NCBI GenBank assembly: GCA_051941275.1
Contig: JAVEBF010000002.1
Location: 62,001 to 98,719, forward strand
DNA: 36,719 nucleotides
Origin: Dirinaria sp. TL-2023a
Lineage: Eukaryota
Direction of reading: 5' to 3'
The notes beneath the pieces are model-generated. The model ran no database searches. It saw only the letters and a list, made by a program, of their open reading frames with translations, and was not told where the DNA came from. Made by a program: the position numbers and the translations under genes. Below, piece by piece: positions 10,984 to 21,946 of this stretch. Positions within the stretch are counted from its first letter, which is position 1. Each line of letters opens with the position of its first letter.

Positions 10984-11709
10984 TCATTTGCGATCGTGTT
11001 CCATCTTCGTGCTGCCATGCTCGCCATTGGCATCTTCGCCAAAGACATCTTCCATCCTTTCGTTACCGTCTTCTTCCTCGATTCCTTCCTCATCCTCCCG
11101 GGGCTCGTCCACGAGCATTTCGTCACCCTTTTCTTCTCCTTCGGCCTCCCCATCTCTATCCCACTCCTCCTTTAAGCCCCAGCCCACGCCGGTAAGACAG
11201 AATTGTTCAGGCGGCAACCTCAGTCCCCAATCTCTTCCCACAGTTGGAAGGGCTATCTTGTTCCTCTCGGCTGCCACTTCATGATGAAACTCTTTTGGCA
11301 AAGTTGGCTCGTACTGGTAGTGTGTCCGACTTGCAATGCTCAGCTTCAACCCCGCTGAAGTGATGGCGCTTAGATCATTCATAGCTGCTGCACCCCTACC
11401 AGTGCCCGGCGCTGCAGTGCCATACCCCTCAGAGGTTAAGTGAAGAGCATCTTGGAGGGTTGAGGATGTGTAACGATACGCAAAATCCATCAGCTGAAGA
11501 GGAACACGCTCATGGTAAGAGGTTATACCTAGGTTAGCGAGGATCATGTGGATTAGACGAGCATCCCGGGGCCGTTTAGACAGGCCATTGTCCGCCAATG
11601 AGGCGGCCGTAAGGGAGTGATCCGTCTTAGTTGTAGTGTGTTGGGATGGTAGAGGAGCATTCGGAGCGTCTTGTTGCTGCTGCAATGTTGCAGCTCCAAC
11701 CTCGGCCAT
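10984..11709 (-). CDS. TAF9: TFIID/SAGA subunit TAF9 (histone fold)
   Basis: Intronless ORF with RPRDARLIHMILANLG..ERVPLQLMDFAYRYTSSTLQDA, ERNKIALP, GLRLPPEQFCLTG and an acidic tail. Confidence 0.95.
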   Translation of the reverse strand: MAEVGAATLQQQQDAPNAPLPSQHTTTKTDHSLTAASLADNGLSKRPRDARLIHMILANLGITSYHERVPLQLMDFAYRYTSSTLQDALHLTSEGYGTAAPGTGRGAAAMNDLSAITSAGLKLSIASRTHYQYEPTLPKEFHHEVAAERNKIALPTVGRDWGLRLPPEQFCLTGVGWGLKEEWDRDGEAEGEEKGDEMLVDEPREDEEGIEEEDGNERMEDVFGEDANGEHGSTKMEHDRK

Positions 11710-12370
11710 GGTCTCGCAATCAGGTAGGAATTGAAAGTCGACCTCTCGTAGAAAGCCACATTCTTAATTTCTCGCAGAGGCTTTTAGGGAAGGTAGGTTA
11801 AAGGAACGTTGCTTAGGTAATGAAGCTAGCTCGATTGGGCAGCTCGGCGGCTTGCAACTGAGCGTGACCTAAGCTCGCTGAGGTAAGGTACTCGTACCTG
11901 AGTCGCCTAACCGTAGGAGTAGAAGTAACAAGTCACGACAAGCGGTGCGATGAAGACTATTGTAGGTACAGTAGGCATGTAAGACCAGACTGAGGATTTT
12001 TTAAGGTGAGTACATTACTTTTACCCTTGGCTTGATTTAGTTTCTAGCTCTGTACGAATGCTTCAGAAATTTTACCTGGCTTCTGTCTTATGTTGATAAA
12101 TCACAGTGTACGGTATCCTATGCCTTTGGTATACTCGGGGGCGCATCCCTTCGCTTCCTGACGTTATTACATGAAAATGCTTCTGCGCGTGTAATGCTGA
12201 ACACTGGCTAATAAATAGAAGACCACACAAATCAATGCTGACCGTATTCTTCGGATACGCATACAGCGTCCAATAAACCCCACCCAATTTCCAATGCATG
12301 TCCGTGTACGCCGTTCACAGAACCCTAGCGTACCTAAAGTCTGAGCCACTGACTCCGTGGCTGATAATTC

Positions 12371-14950
12371 TTAATCGAGGCCAGGGTTTTGGTTTCGTGG
12401 AGTTCCAATACCAGGGTTTGTCATTATACGAATTTTGGAAGGACGCTCTTGTTTTGTCGGAGATGGTGCCGGATCAGGAGTGACAGGGTCAATATCTATG
12501 ATAGTGGAAGGTGGCGATCCGCTGGTAGGTTCCGCTAGCGTCTCCTCGATGACTACGCCGCCAGCTTCAACACTCTCAAGTATTGAATCGACTAACTCCT
12601 CACGTTCATCTGCTGAACCTCTCGAAAAATAGCTTGCTTCCATATCCCCCATTGGATCGTCGTCGTCAAGCCCTTCACTGCCCTCATCTTCGCTTCTAAT
12701 GCTGTGCCTGTATTTGCTTCTAGTTTCTTCATCATCTCCTTCGCTTTCACTCTCCAGGATATCCTCTAACTGAAGTGGAGCGTCTCGCCAATAATTGTAG
12801 TCCGTGAACTCCTCGTCCCCTCCGTTGATGAGGAGGCCCACCGGTGGGAAGAAATGATCGACAACTTCCCGCATAGATACGTAGCTGCTCTTGTACTTAG
12901 TGAGCGTCAATAAATCAAGGGACACTTCCGCATTAGAGTTGATAGTGAATATCCTGGTCGAGGGTATGTTTACGGATCTATAGCTCAAAGCGTCCGTGAA
13001 ACGATTACCAAAGCCAGCGTAGAAAGGGCTTTTCTTGTATCCAAAAAGTGTCATGATATCTCGAAGACAAGCCATCTTAAACACTTCTGGCTTGCGGAGA
13101 TAAATTTCTCTTCTGAGCGCTGCAATTGTCCGATCAGGACTCATGATGACGGGCCCCTTAGGTAGCTTGAAGCCTTCCTGCAGTACGCCGTTAAGGTACG
13201 CTCTTGTGGTATCTGCCTGGCCAACCGAGCGACTGGTCAGGTATAGTATATTGTAACCATTGGCAACTATGTCCGAATACAATTTGGCTACCCCAATATG
13301 AGTCCAGTCACGCCCAATCATGTTCAGCACATGACCAAGAGCATCAGACCTGGTATAAAGTTAATCATTTGCGACAGGCCAGAGCCACACGACCTACTTA
13401 GTGATAGTCCCATCAATATCTGAGATCACTATTGGAACGTCGTGAGTCCAGTAATACATATGGGCATGGCACGTCGCTCGATTAACACCAAAGCTCATGC
13501 TGTTAGCGCCTGGCTTCAAGTTAAGATTTTTAAGCTGATCGCTAGTAAGCCGTAAGGTCTTAGCATAATTACGATTTGGATCGCCGCTCGCGTGCGCATC
13601 TGCTGGTGGTGTATGGGGAGGAGTGACAAGCCCCGTCCGCACGGTATCTGAATGAGTTCGCTGGTGTTTTGGTATTCGTGCAGTACTCCGCGTCCCGTCT
13701 TCGTCGCTGTGATATCCTAGGTCCGAAGCAGAATCGTTGAACTCAGCGCCTTGCGCTAATTTCTGGAGTCCGGCTTTTCGACCTGCAGCCTCCTTGGCTT
13801 CTTCGCTGCTGTAAATCCAAAGATTCCCTTGCTCGTCCGCTCCAATCAGAGCACCGATATTGTAATTGCCCTCGAGCTCCTCAGCTAAGATTCTCCTCGC
13901 AATGAGTTCAGCACGCAAGGCTTCATCTTCGCTACTCTTGTAGCCTTTGATATCAAGCATCAAGTCACCACTATCGTTTAATTGCGTAGGTATGTTTGAT
14001 CCCGAAAGCTTCTTAGATAGCGAGATTGCACGATTGAAGGCTTCAGTCGCTGATAATGGAGGTGGTGGGGGACTGCTAGAACGCTCTGTAGGCAATGATG
14101 CCGGCAACCCCAAGCTCGTAGATGATTGGGCACGATTATGTTGGATAGATATCGGACTGGTGGCTATTGAATCCGTACTCCGGGTGGTAAGTGGTACAAG
14201 CTCTGTCGAGGTAGATCTTTGGAGGGGGAAACCCCTACGAGGTGTTGAATCTTCTATTAAGTTTGTAGGCTGAGGAATAGTCTCCTTCTCTGGTGAAGAA
14301 GATAATGGGGTTAGCTCTCCCACACCTGGCTTGGTCAGCATGCCGCTTCAAAGAGCGTTTTATATGACCGACCGTATTCGCTTTGCGCTCTTCGACCATC
14401 GGAAATTGCAGGCCTTGCTTGCGAAACAGCATCAGCCTTAGAGTCGACGTGCCTATCTGCCGCAAGATCGAGGAACTCGGGCTCTTGTAGTGTTGGTATT
14501 GAAGACACATCTTGGACTGCCAAGCCAGAGGGGCTCGTGGCGGGCGACACGATAGGTGATGTTTGTAGGCTAGCTGGTATCTCATTCGAAGTCTCGAAAA
14601 CGAAGAAGGCTTCTCCACCCTCACCCAGTTTCATGGCAAGGTCTTGCTTGGCGTTGTTCACTTTAAACTCGACCTTGTGCGCTATTAGCGAAGACTTTCA
14701 TACGAAGGTAAGACAGGCTCGCCTTCTTTTCGTATGGCCTCAGCAAAGAAAATTTTCCAAAACGAACGTGGAACGGAGAGCAAGCGAGAGAGCCTGGAGC
14801 AGTCAGACCATGCACAATGGTGTGAAAACAAGGCCTTCTACCATCTTCTTGCTCCACTACTATGACGTCGATCGCACCGCTCAAGGTAGCAGGATTGATG
14901 GAATTCCATGTCTTCGAGACTGATCCTCCCAGACTTCGCACATACTGCAT
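12371..14950 (-). CDS. PAH1: Lipin / Mg-dependent phosphatidate phosphatase (Pah1/Ned1)
   Basis: N-LIP domain [75 protein letters not shown]. Catalytic domain [46 protein letters not shown]. Introns 14794-14841, 14674-14722 (GC-AG), 14326-14372, 13350-13397. Confidence 0.96.
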
Positions 14951-15294
14951 GTCTTACTCCACGGAGATGGTATATCCGCTTTTCGCGTTTGTAACGGGTT
15001 TTCTACAGCTCTTATCTTGTCGAGGTCCGAGGTGTAGTCAGCAGACGGACAAAGTGCGGGCAAGAGGACATTTGCTTCCGAGCTACGACATCGTCATTGC
15101 GGGCCGTGTGGCTGGGTTTAGAATGAGCAGTGCTTTGGACAGGTGGAGTGAAGATTTGAGGAAGTGATTTTGTAGCGATTGGAGTCTATCTGAGGGCGGA
15201 AGAGGCGCGCGTTAGTGCTTCTCCATGTACGCTCTGAAACCTGACGAGCAGGCAGGGTAATGATCGTCGTAAACATAGAAGTAGACAAAGTAGA

Positions 15295-15675
15295 TACCTA
15301 CAGTGCCTTACCTTAAGGTACCTTACCTTACTGTAATGGGTGTTCGGATTCGGATGCGGACGAGGGGGATTTCGGAGCCGACCCATAGGGCTGCAGAGGC
15401 GACTTCGGTCCGCTCCAAGCTCCCCGAGCTTTAGCCACGATGCGCTCCGAAGCCGCCGCAAGTCCCGCAACGGCCACCCAGCGAAACCATAAGGTAGGTA
15501 AGGTATTGCCTAAAGTAATGTACTTACTTACCAAACCTAAGGTGCGGTACGCAGTGCATATGTACCTGCCTTATGTTTATTAAGGTGAGATCTTAAGGTA
15601 CCTACCTTGCCCAGATCATAAATTACCTTATACCTTACATCTATATAGACAACCGTGACAATATAAGGTACCTCC
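15295..15675. promoter_or_regulatory. AAGGTA/TACCTT motif cluster flanking a GC-rich inverted-repeat core in the PAH1/FN3 divergent promoter
   Basis: Eleven AAGGTA/TACCTT copies; overlapping palindromes TACCTTAAGGTA (15309-15320) and TAAGGTACCTTA (15314-15325). Confidence 0.55.
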
Positions 15676-15806
15676 CATACGACAAGTCCATTAACCTCCT
15701 TTATAAGCAAAGCAATTTCTGAAGGTCCATCATGGACTCCCTACAATGGTCTCTGGACGTCGGGCATGCAATTACCAAATATGCACCCCGTTGCCTTGCG
15801 GCGACT

Positions 15807-18800
15807 ATGCCAGCTCTCCAAGATGCTGCATTCGTCGCATCATTGACATGGCATGTGGATCCTCTCCAACCTTATCCGGACTTGCCGCTAATACCGTCTT
15901 CCATCAGGATACTTTATCGTATCTGGCAAATATATCAAAAGCCTGTTGATGAGCTTGTGAACTTGCTCGGGCTTGACATTCCGCCGTTGCCTGAGGTATC
16001 GCTGGCGGGAATCACCACGGACGGTGTTCTCCTCTACTGGAAACCTCCTGATAACCCGCATGCTTTTCTTACACATGCAATACATGTCAATGGGATTAAA
16101 GGTGAGTCTGGCCTGCGAGATCTTCCTTCGCCCATCGCTAACGGCACTTGCAGTGGGGGAGTTTGGTCGAGGTGAAACATCAATTCAAGTCACTGGTCTG
16201 AAGCCAGGTCACTTCTACAATATACGTGTGATTGCATCCAATGCCGCCAATTTCTCTACGCTTGGATCACTTATCCGCTTACGTACCCTGCCGGCAACCT
16301 CCATAACTACGAATGGCGGTCCAGCAGAAAACAACGAAGGGCTCAACACAGAGTCTGATCACAACGAAGCAGCAGCGATTCACACGTCTTCTACTCAGAT
16401 CGAACCTGCAGCTACTCAGCAAATGATGAGAGAAAATAGCGGTGGTATCGGTCAATCCAAGCGAATTGTTTCTGGACGTCGCAATGTACCAGCAACAAGT
16501 GGCAATGAACAGTCTCCCTCACATACGGCTATTGAGGGGGACGATGAGCAACTCTCGGGGGATGAGTGTCTGGAAACTCTAACCAAGAAATTGGATTCGC
16601 TGAGACGAGAGCAACAGGATTTGGACAGACAGATACTTGAAGAAGAAGAAGACACGAAACGAGCTACGGCGGATCTGGCAAGAGAGCGCGACCGCCTCAA
16701 GCAGACTTTGAAAGAGAAAGAGGACGGTAATGCCGAGCTTAAGAGGCAAGGTAATCTGCTTAACAAGCAACAAAAGAATGCTCAAAGTAGGAAAGCTCAG
16801 AAGGAACGGCTTCTAAACGCAAAGAAAGCCGAGAGGCAGAAAATGAAAGATGAGATATCAAGGTGGGATCGAGAAGTCACCGATATACGCCAGGAACTGG
16901 AAGACATAACTCGCGAAAAAGCTGAGGTTATAACTAATAAGGACCGCGAAGTTTCGAACATTCGTACATCCATTGTGGAGGACCAAACAGTAATCAAGTC
17001 ATTGGAGGAAGATATTAGGGCCACAGGATCACATATTAAGGCATTAGAAAAGGATCGGGAGAAATTGTCTGATGGTGGTGACGAGGAGCAGTCACTAGCT
17101 GCACGCGAGAAACAAGAAGACCAAGCATGGGAATTGCACGCTCAAAGTATCCAGCTTCACCTCAGTGGGCTCTGGCAGACCCTTCAGCAAGTTAGTGTGG
17201 TCTCTGTTTGCCGCTGTATGAGGAACTAAGCGTTTCTAGGTCAATGCAGAGAACCAGCGGGCAAGAGATCATTTGGCGTATTGGACAAATAGGCATGCTC
17301 GAGACCCCACGGAATTCGCGCCACTTTCAGCACTTGACTATGCAGTTTCCTTGAGATCCAACAGACCTCGTCGCAACAGGCACCCTAATCCTCGTACTAG
17401 CGCAATGACCTCGCCACAAGAAAGCTATGGAATTGGATCAGGGCCCTACAGTATTTCTCGGGCGTCACCACCGTTCTCTTCGGTTTCGCCGTATTTCAAT
17501 ATGGGTAATGGCATGGCTGTACCGCTCCAGAGTGAGCCGTCGGGCATTCCGCAAGGGGATATGGAAGGTCTCACTGGTGGTGCTCAGATGAGCCCCGCTG
17601 CTGATGGCTTGCTACCGTCCAACCTGTTTCGAGATGATGATTTGATGGCTCGCCGAACCTCCACTGCGGCAACAGGAGAGTCGCTCGGAAACTGGGGCTC
17701 GGATATCTTTGGTAGGCAGCCAGACACTGCCGTTCAAAGGCCACATACGCCTGTATCAGCCAGCAGTCGTAACGGGAGCCGCTTCTCGAGCCCTCATAAT
17801 AGTATTCACAATCTGCAAGGATACGCAACAAATGGGGAGACTAACACGGAACCTGATAGACGCTCCATTCAGTCGACGAATGCTACATTCCATTCTCCAC
17901 TGGTCGCGGACCCCAGCCCAATGGGAGCCAATCCACTGGGAGCCAACAGATTTGCAACACTTTTCTCAAACACATTCAACCGCCAACGAGGCAAATCTGG
18001 TAGCGATGACCCTCCACAGCTTGGTACGTTACGGCAGGGCCAGAGCCAATCATTTCCGCGCAATCTCGAGGACGAAGATCTTGATCCATCTGGCGCGCGG
18101 CGCCGACGAGGGAGCCACGGGCATTGGGCTAATCCAATGGGTTTGCTGAACCGCACTGGTGCCGAAGACACTGGTTTGATCAGAGTGAGGACCGGATCAG
18201 GTCGAAGGAGTCGTCTTAATATGTTCGGGTCCAACTCCAATTCACTGCAACCGTCTGCGTTCGGAGACAACTCGTCCTCTACCCGACCTTCTTCTATTAA
18301 TTCCTTTGACCAGGCACTTGGTAGACCATCAAGTGAAAGCCAGAGGAACCCTTGGGCGATGCCAGAAAGCACTCCGAATCGCAGCAGTCCTCTTGGCACC
18401 AACTGGGCGACTAGTGGCCCATGGTCACGAGGTCCGTCCCGCCGGCCTTCCGTTCAACATGGATCAACTAGCAATTTATCTGTTGGCTCAACACCCTTGG
18501 AGCCTGACTATCAAGGGGGACTTGCAAAACAGGTATCCGATCAGCTACCTATTGGAACACGACCCCGTGGTGGCTCGGGGCAATCATTGCAGCGGCCGGT
18601 GACGCCAAAGCTCAACCCGACAGCTCCGAGTTTCAAGACGCTATTCAGCCGAGGAGAAGCAAGGAGAACGGCAAAGGTAGATAAAGCACCTGAAAAGGCT
18701 AAAGAGAAGCCAACGGACCTCGAGCAGAGTGATACACCCTATGAAGAATCCTCTCCTCAGAATCCTCGAACCTCTCGAGATGCCCCATCCATCGTAACCT

Positions 18801-19207
18801 CCGCTTCGATCTCCGAATCTCACGATTCTCTCGATCGCTCCACTTCGGGCACCCAATCCGAAGCAGTAACACCATCAGGTCCCAAAGAGACTTTTATGCA
18901 ACGTATCAGTCGCAAGGGAAGTTCCAGCAAGTTCAACGTGCCATGGAGCAAGGAACGTGGCGGACTCTTCTCGCGCAAGGCTGGCGACGCGACAGCTTCC
19001 GGCCCTCCGTCTGGCGAGTTTGACGAGGATGCCAGCAGTGAGAAATACGACGACAGTGTTACTAGTACCCCCCATCCGGCCGAAAAAAGCTCCAGGACCA
19101 GCCTCTCTTGGCCCAACATTAGGAGGAAGAGCAAGAAGAACGGAGTTGCGGCACTGGACCCAGCGGAAAAGAATACTTATGATGCTGCAGAGGATCAGGA
19201 GCCGTAG
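15807..19207 (+). CDS. Fungal fibronectin type III domain protein with N-terminal hydrophobic anchor, long coiled coil and disordered Ser-rich tail
   Basis: Probable ATG at 15807 (15732 is in frame and also possible). Introns 15851-15907 (GC-AG, in frame), 16102-16153, 17191-17239. FN3-like segment PPLPEVSLAGITTDGVLLYWKPP..HVNGIKVGE..TSIQVTGLKPGHFYNIRVIASN..IRLRT, followed by a heptad-rich coiled coil (about 16570-17190). PKLNPTAPSFK resembles a PAM2 motif. Confidence 0.8.
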
Positions 19208-19534
19208 TAGGGCCAATGAGCTTATCTAAAGCACTTCCATGAACATTCGTTGCGTTCCATAGTGAGGCAGGATTGGGTTACGCCAAGCGGCTTAGAAGAT
19301 TGTCGTTCACTATCCGCAACATATCAATGGAAAGCTCATCGTTAGCCCCACAGCGAACCAGATGCCATAGCAAGCTTAAGCTTAGGAATAGGTTACATGA
19401 GGGCACATTTTTCTACTAGTCGCAAACCCATGTCTTCCCAGAAAGCCTACATTCATTCATATTTAACGGCGCAATCGCTGCGTTACTTGACAATGCTATT
19501 CAAGTCACGAGTGTCAAGTCCTCTATTACACCGA

Positions 19535-19560
19535 TTTTTTTTTTTTTTTTTTTTTTTTTT
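19535..19560 (+). repeat. Poly(T) mononucleotide run (26 nt) between convergent 3' ends
   Basis: Directly visible T run. Confidence 0.9.
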
Positions 19561-19658
19561 CCCCTACATCGAACTGGCTTATGAGGACTTATCAATAGTT
19601 CGTGTTTCTATGCTACTATCCCAAGGCAGGTTTCTACTGCAAAAAGGTTCATTAGTGA

Positions 19659-20992
19659 CTACGCTTGACTTGAACAATTGTGCTTCACTCTTTGGGCAAA
19701 GGGGCAAGATAGGTAGTAACAGGAGGTGAAAGCCGAATTAGGAAGAAGACGCTTTCCTTTCCTACCTTGGTTGTCGGGGAGTAACCAGGGCCTATTGTTC
19801 CAGAAATCGTCTTTGATAATATCACAGTGCGCGACGACTATGCAGGCCTTGGCGCGGCGTTTCCGTTCCTTTTCTCGTTGCGTCTTCGATCTCTCAGCTT
19901 GATTGGTCTCAGCGCCTGTATTCAAAGACCCTTCTGTACTCGCTGCTTCATACTGGAAAGGGATCAGCACCTATAGCTTTCTACCTTGTCAAGACTTACA
20001 TCGCGGTAGATCACGCTTCCCTTTTTGAAAATTTCCGGCTCGTTGTTGTAATTAAGATTGAATCGGGTGAAGAGAATCTCATTCTTGTCAGCGGCCAAAG
20101 TACCCTAAGATAGCTTTAGCAATGGGCGGGAAGCCACGAAAATCTACGGATCTGATTCTGACTTTGAGCTGATCTTCTGCTTCTGTTGTGTCCATGCCTC
20201 CAAGCTGCACTAGTGCCCAGAATGTAGTATTATAGAGGTTGTTGATGTGGCCTAGATGCGCAGTCAATACCTGCGCAGTGAGTCATAGCCGCGAGCAAAG
20301 CGTTATACAATCAACCTGCCTCCAGCTCAGATAATCTCTCAGATTCTGGTACGTGGGGTACTGAACCACTCGCCCGTCGAAACTCGGTAATGGCGCGGAT
20401 AATCTCTTTGCAGGGAAGAAGGAAGACCAAAGGTAAATGTAGTATGAAGTAAAAGATGAGACGAGTGTCGTGAGAAGCTTGCTGTGTCCGACTGTCAGCC
20501 GACAAGCAGCCTCGACATTCAAAGCTTGCCATTTCACGGGGCCAACCTTTCTCGCCGGTCAAAGAGCTTGCACGATCGATCGAAGATAAAGCTAGACTCA
20601 AAGCATGAGTAGTCAAAAAGTCCGACGAGCCTGTCCCCAATTACCTGAACTCATCACTCAAACCGTAGGCAAGCACGATATCGGGCAGTTCCTTCATCAA
20701 GGCCGTTGCAGCAGCCTGCATCAGGCCTAATGCTTGAGCGTCATTGGGCTTCTTGAACTCATATAAAGCGGAGAATCTGTTAAGCGAAGGTTAGGGGTTA
20801 GGAAGTCTGAAGCAGTCCCAGAAGCATACTTGTGGAAGCCTCGACCATCGATACGCACCACTATGTAGGTGTTTGGCAGCAATGTTGAATTATTCTCAAA
20901 AGTTCTAACGTATTCATATCTAGGAATTAATTAGCTGGATGATGTGTTCGGAACCCGCGAGAAGTGCAGAAGACACACTTGGAATTGGCCAT
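19659..20992 (-). CDS. THG1: tRNA(His) guanylyltransferase
   Basis: Eight exons; introns 20920-20978, 20777-20829, 20592-20644, 20482-20546, 20252-20308, 20105-20162, 19953-19999. Spliced: [118 protein letters not shown]. The exact C-terminus is uncertain. Confidence 0.95.
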
Positions 20993-21082
20993 GGCATAAT
21001 CTTATGACCTTCAGAGATCGTTTGCAAGCACGAAGAAGTCTTTACTCCAAGTGTTAAGGGACGTTTATAGGCCGTCAACCGC

Positions 21083-21091
21083 ATGACTCAT
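21083..21091. promoter_or_regulatory. Perfect Gcn4/CpcA (AP-1) site ATGACTCAT upstream of THG1
   Basis: Exact 9-bp consensus about 90 bp upstream of the THG1 ATG; a bZIP palindrome TTACGTAA lies at 21133-21140. Confidence 0.5.
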
Positions 21092-21946
21092 AAGTCTTCG
21101 TTCTCTGAAGCTTGACATTGAGCTTCCAAAAATTACGTAATTGAACTTGTAGTAGATACTATCGTCAGGACAAATGACGATCACTGTTCTACTCAGAGCC
21201 ATGAGCCTAGACGCTTCTCATGCTCTATGTGACCTATTCAACAGCAAATTAGGGCCGATTTTCCCCAGCCAATCAGATGAGGTGAGTACCCGAGACCGAT
21301 GTACGCTTCTTCAACTCTTATCATGATCAGTTCTCATTCTAACACAACTGGTCTGGATATAAAGAAACGCCGCGGACATATTGGTGGTGCTTCATTGCTC
21401 CGCGAACCATTCCCTAATCCGCATTGCACAAGATAATGTTGGCCTCAGCCAATAGAACAACAATCAGGAACTACTGTTTTAGCTACCGGGCTCTGGCTTG
21501 CAGCTACTGTTACATGAGGTCTTTTTATGTAGAGTTTACAGACGCAGATGTTGGACACATCTTGCCTCCCAACGCCGCGCTATGGTTCTTTGCACTTTAT
21601 GAAAAACAAACTCAATCTGTACTTGGAGTATTCAGTCCTCCAAGGGCAAAGATACGCAGACGCCCGCACGAAAACTTTGGCTCCAGAGAAACTACCGACC
21701 TGCCATCTCATCTCAATTCCTTTCAGCCTAATGTATGAATCGATCCTCAATGATTCTGGCCTCGGGCACGTAGGTATTAATAATTGTTGGCTGGGAAAGA
21801 GCACATGGTAAGTAAAGGATATCTTGAATGCTCGTCGAACTGTCGCCCACATTGGGCCGCAAATCCGCAAAAGTCCGTGCTTGATCTTATTCACCCTCAA
21901 TGCCTTCATTGGGCGACGTGTCGTGAGTCTGCTGCAACCGCAAGGC

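Noticed and set aside
15330..15490. SRP RNA, suggested by CTGTAATGG resembling the fungal Alu-domain motif (also at about 31668)
   Set aside because: No helix-8 SRP54-binding motif and no Pol III terminator visible; the element is too short.
20789..20803. Telomere-like GGTTAGGGGTTAGG
   Set aside because: Only two imperfect units, explained as CTAAC branch-point sequences of THG1 intron 2 on the minus strand.
21100..21940. Short ORFs (21424-21738, 21548-21811, 21580-21909) between THG1 and the RPB1 3' end
   Set aside because: No recognisable motifs or consistent splice model; likely RPB1 3' UTR and intergenic sequence.
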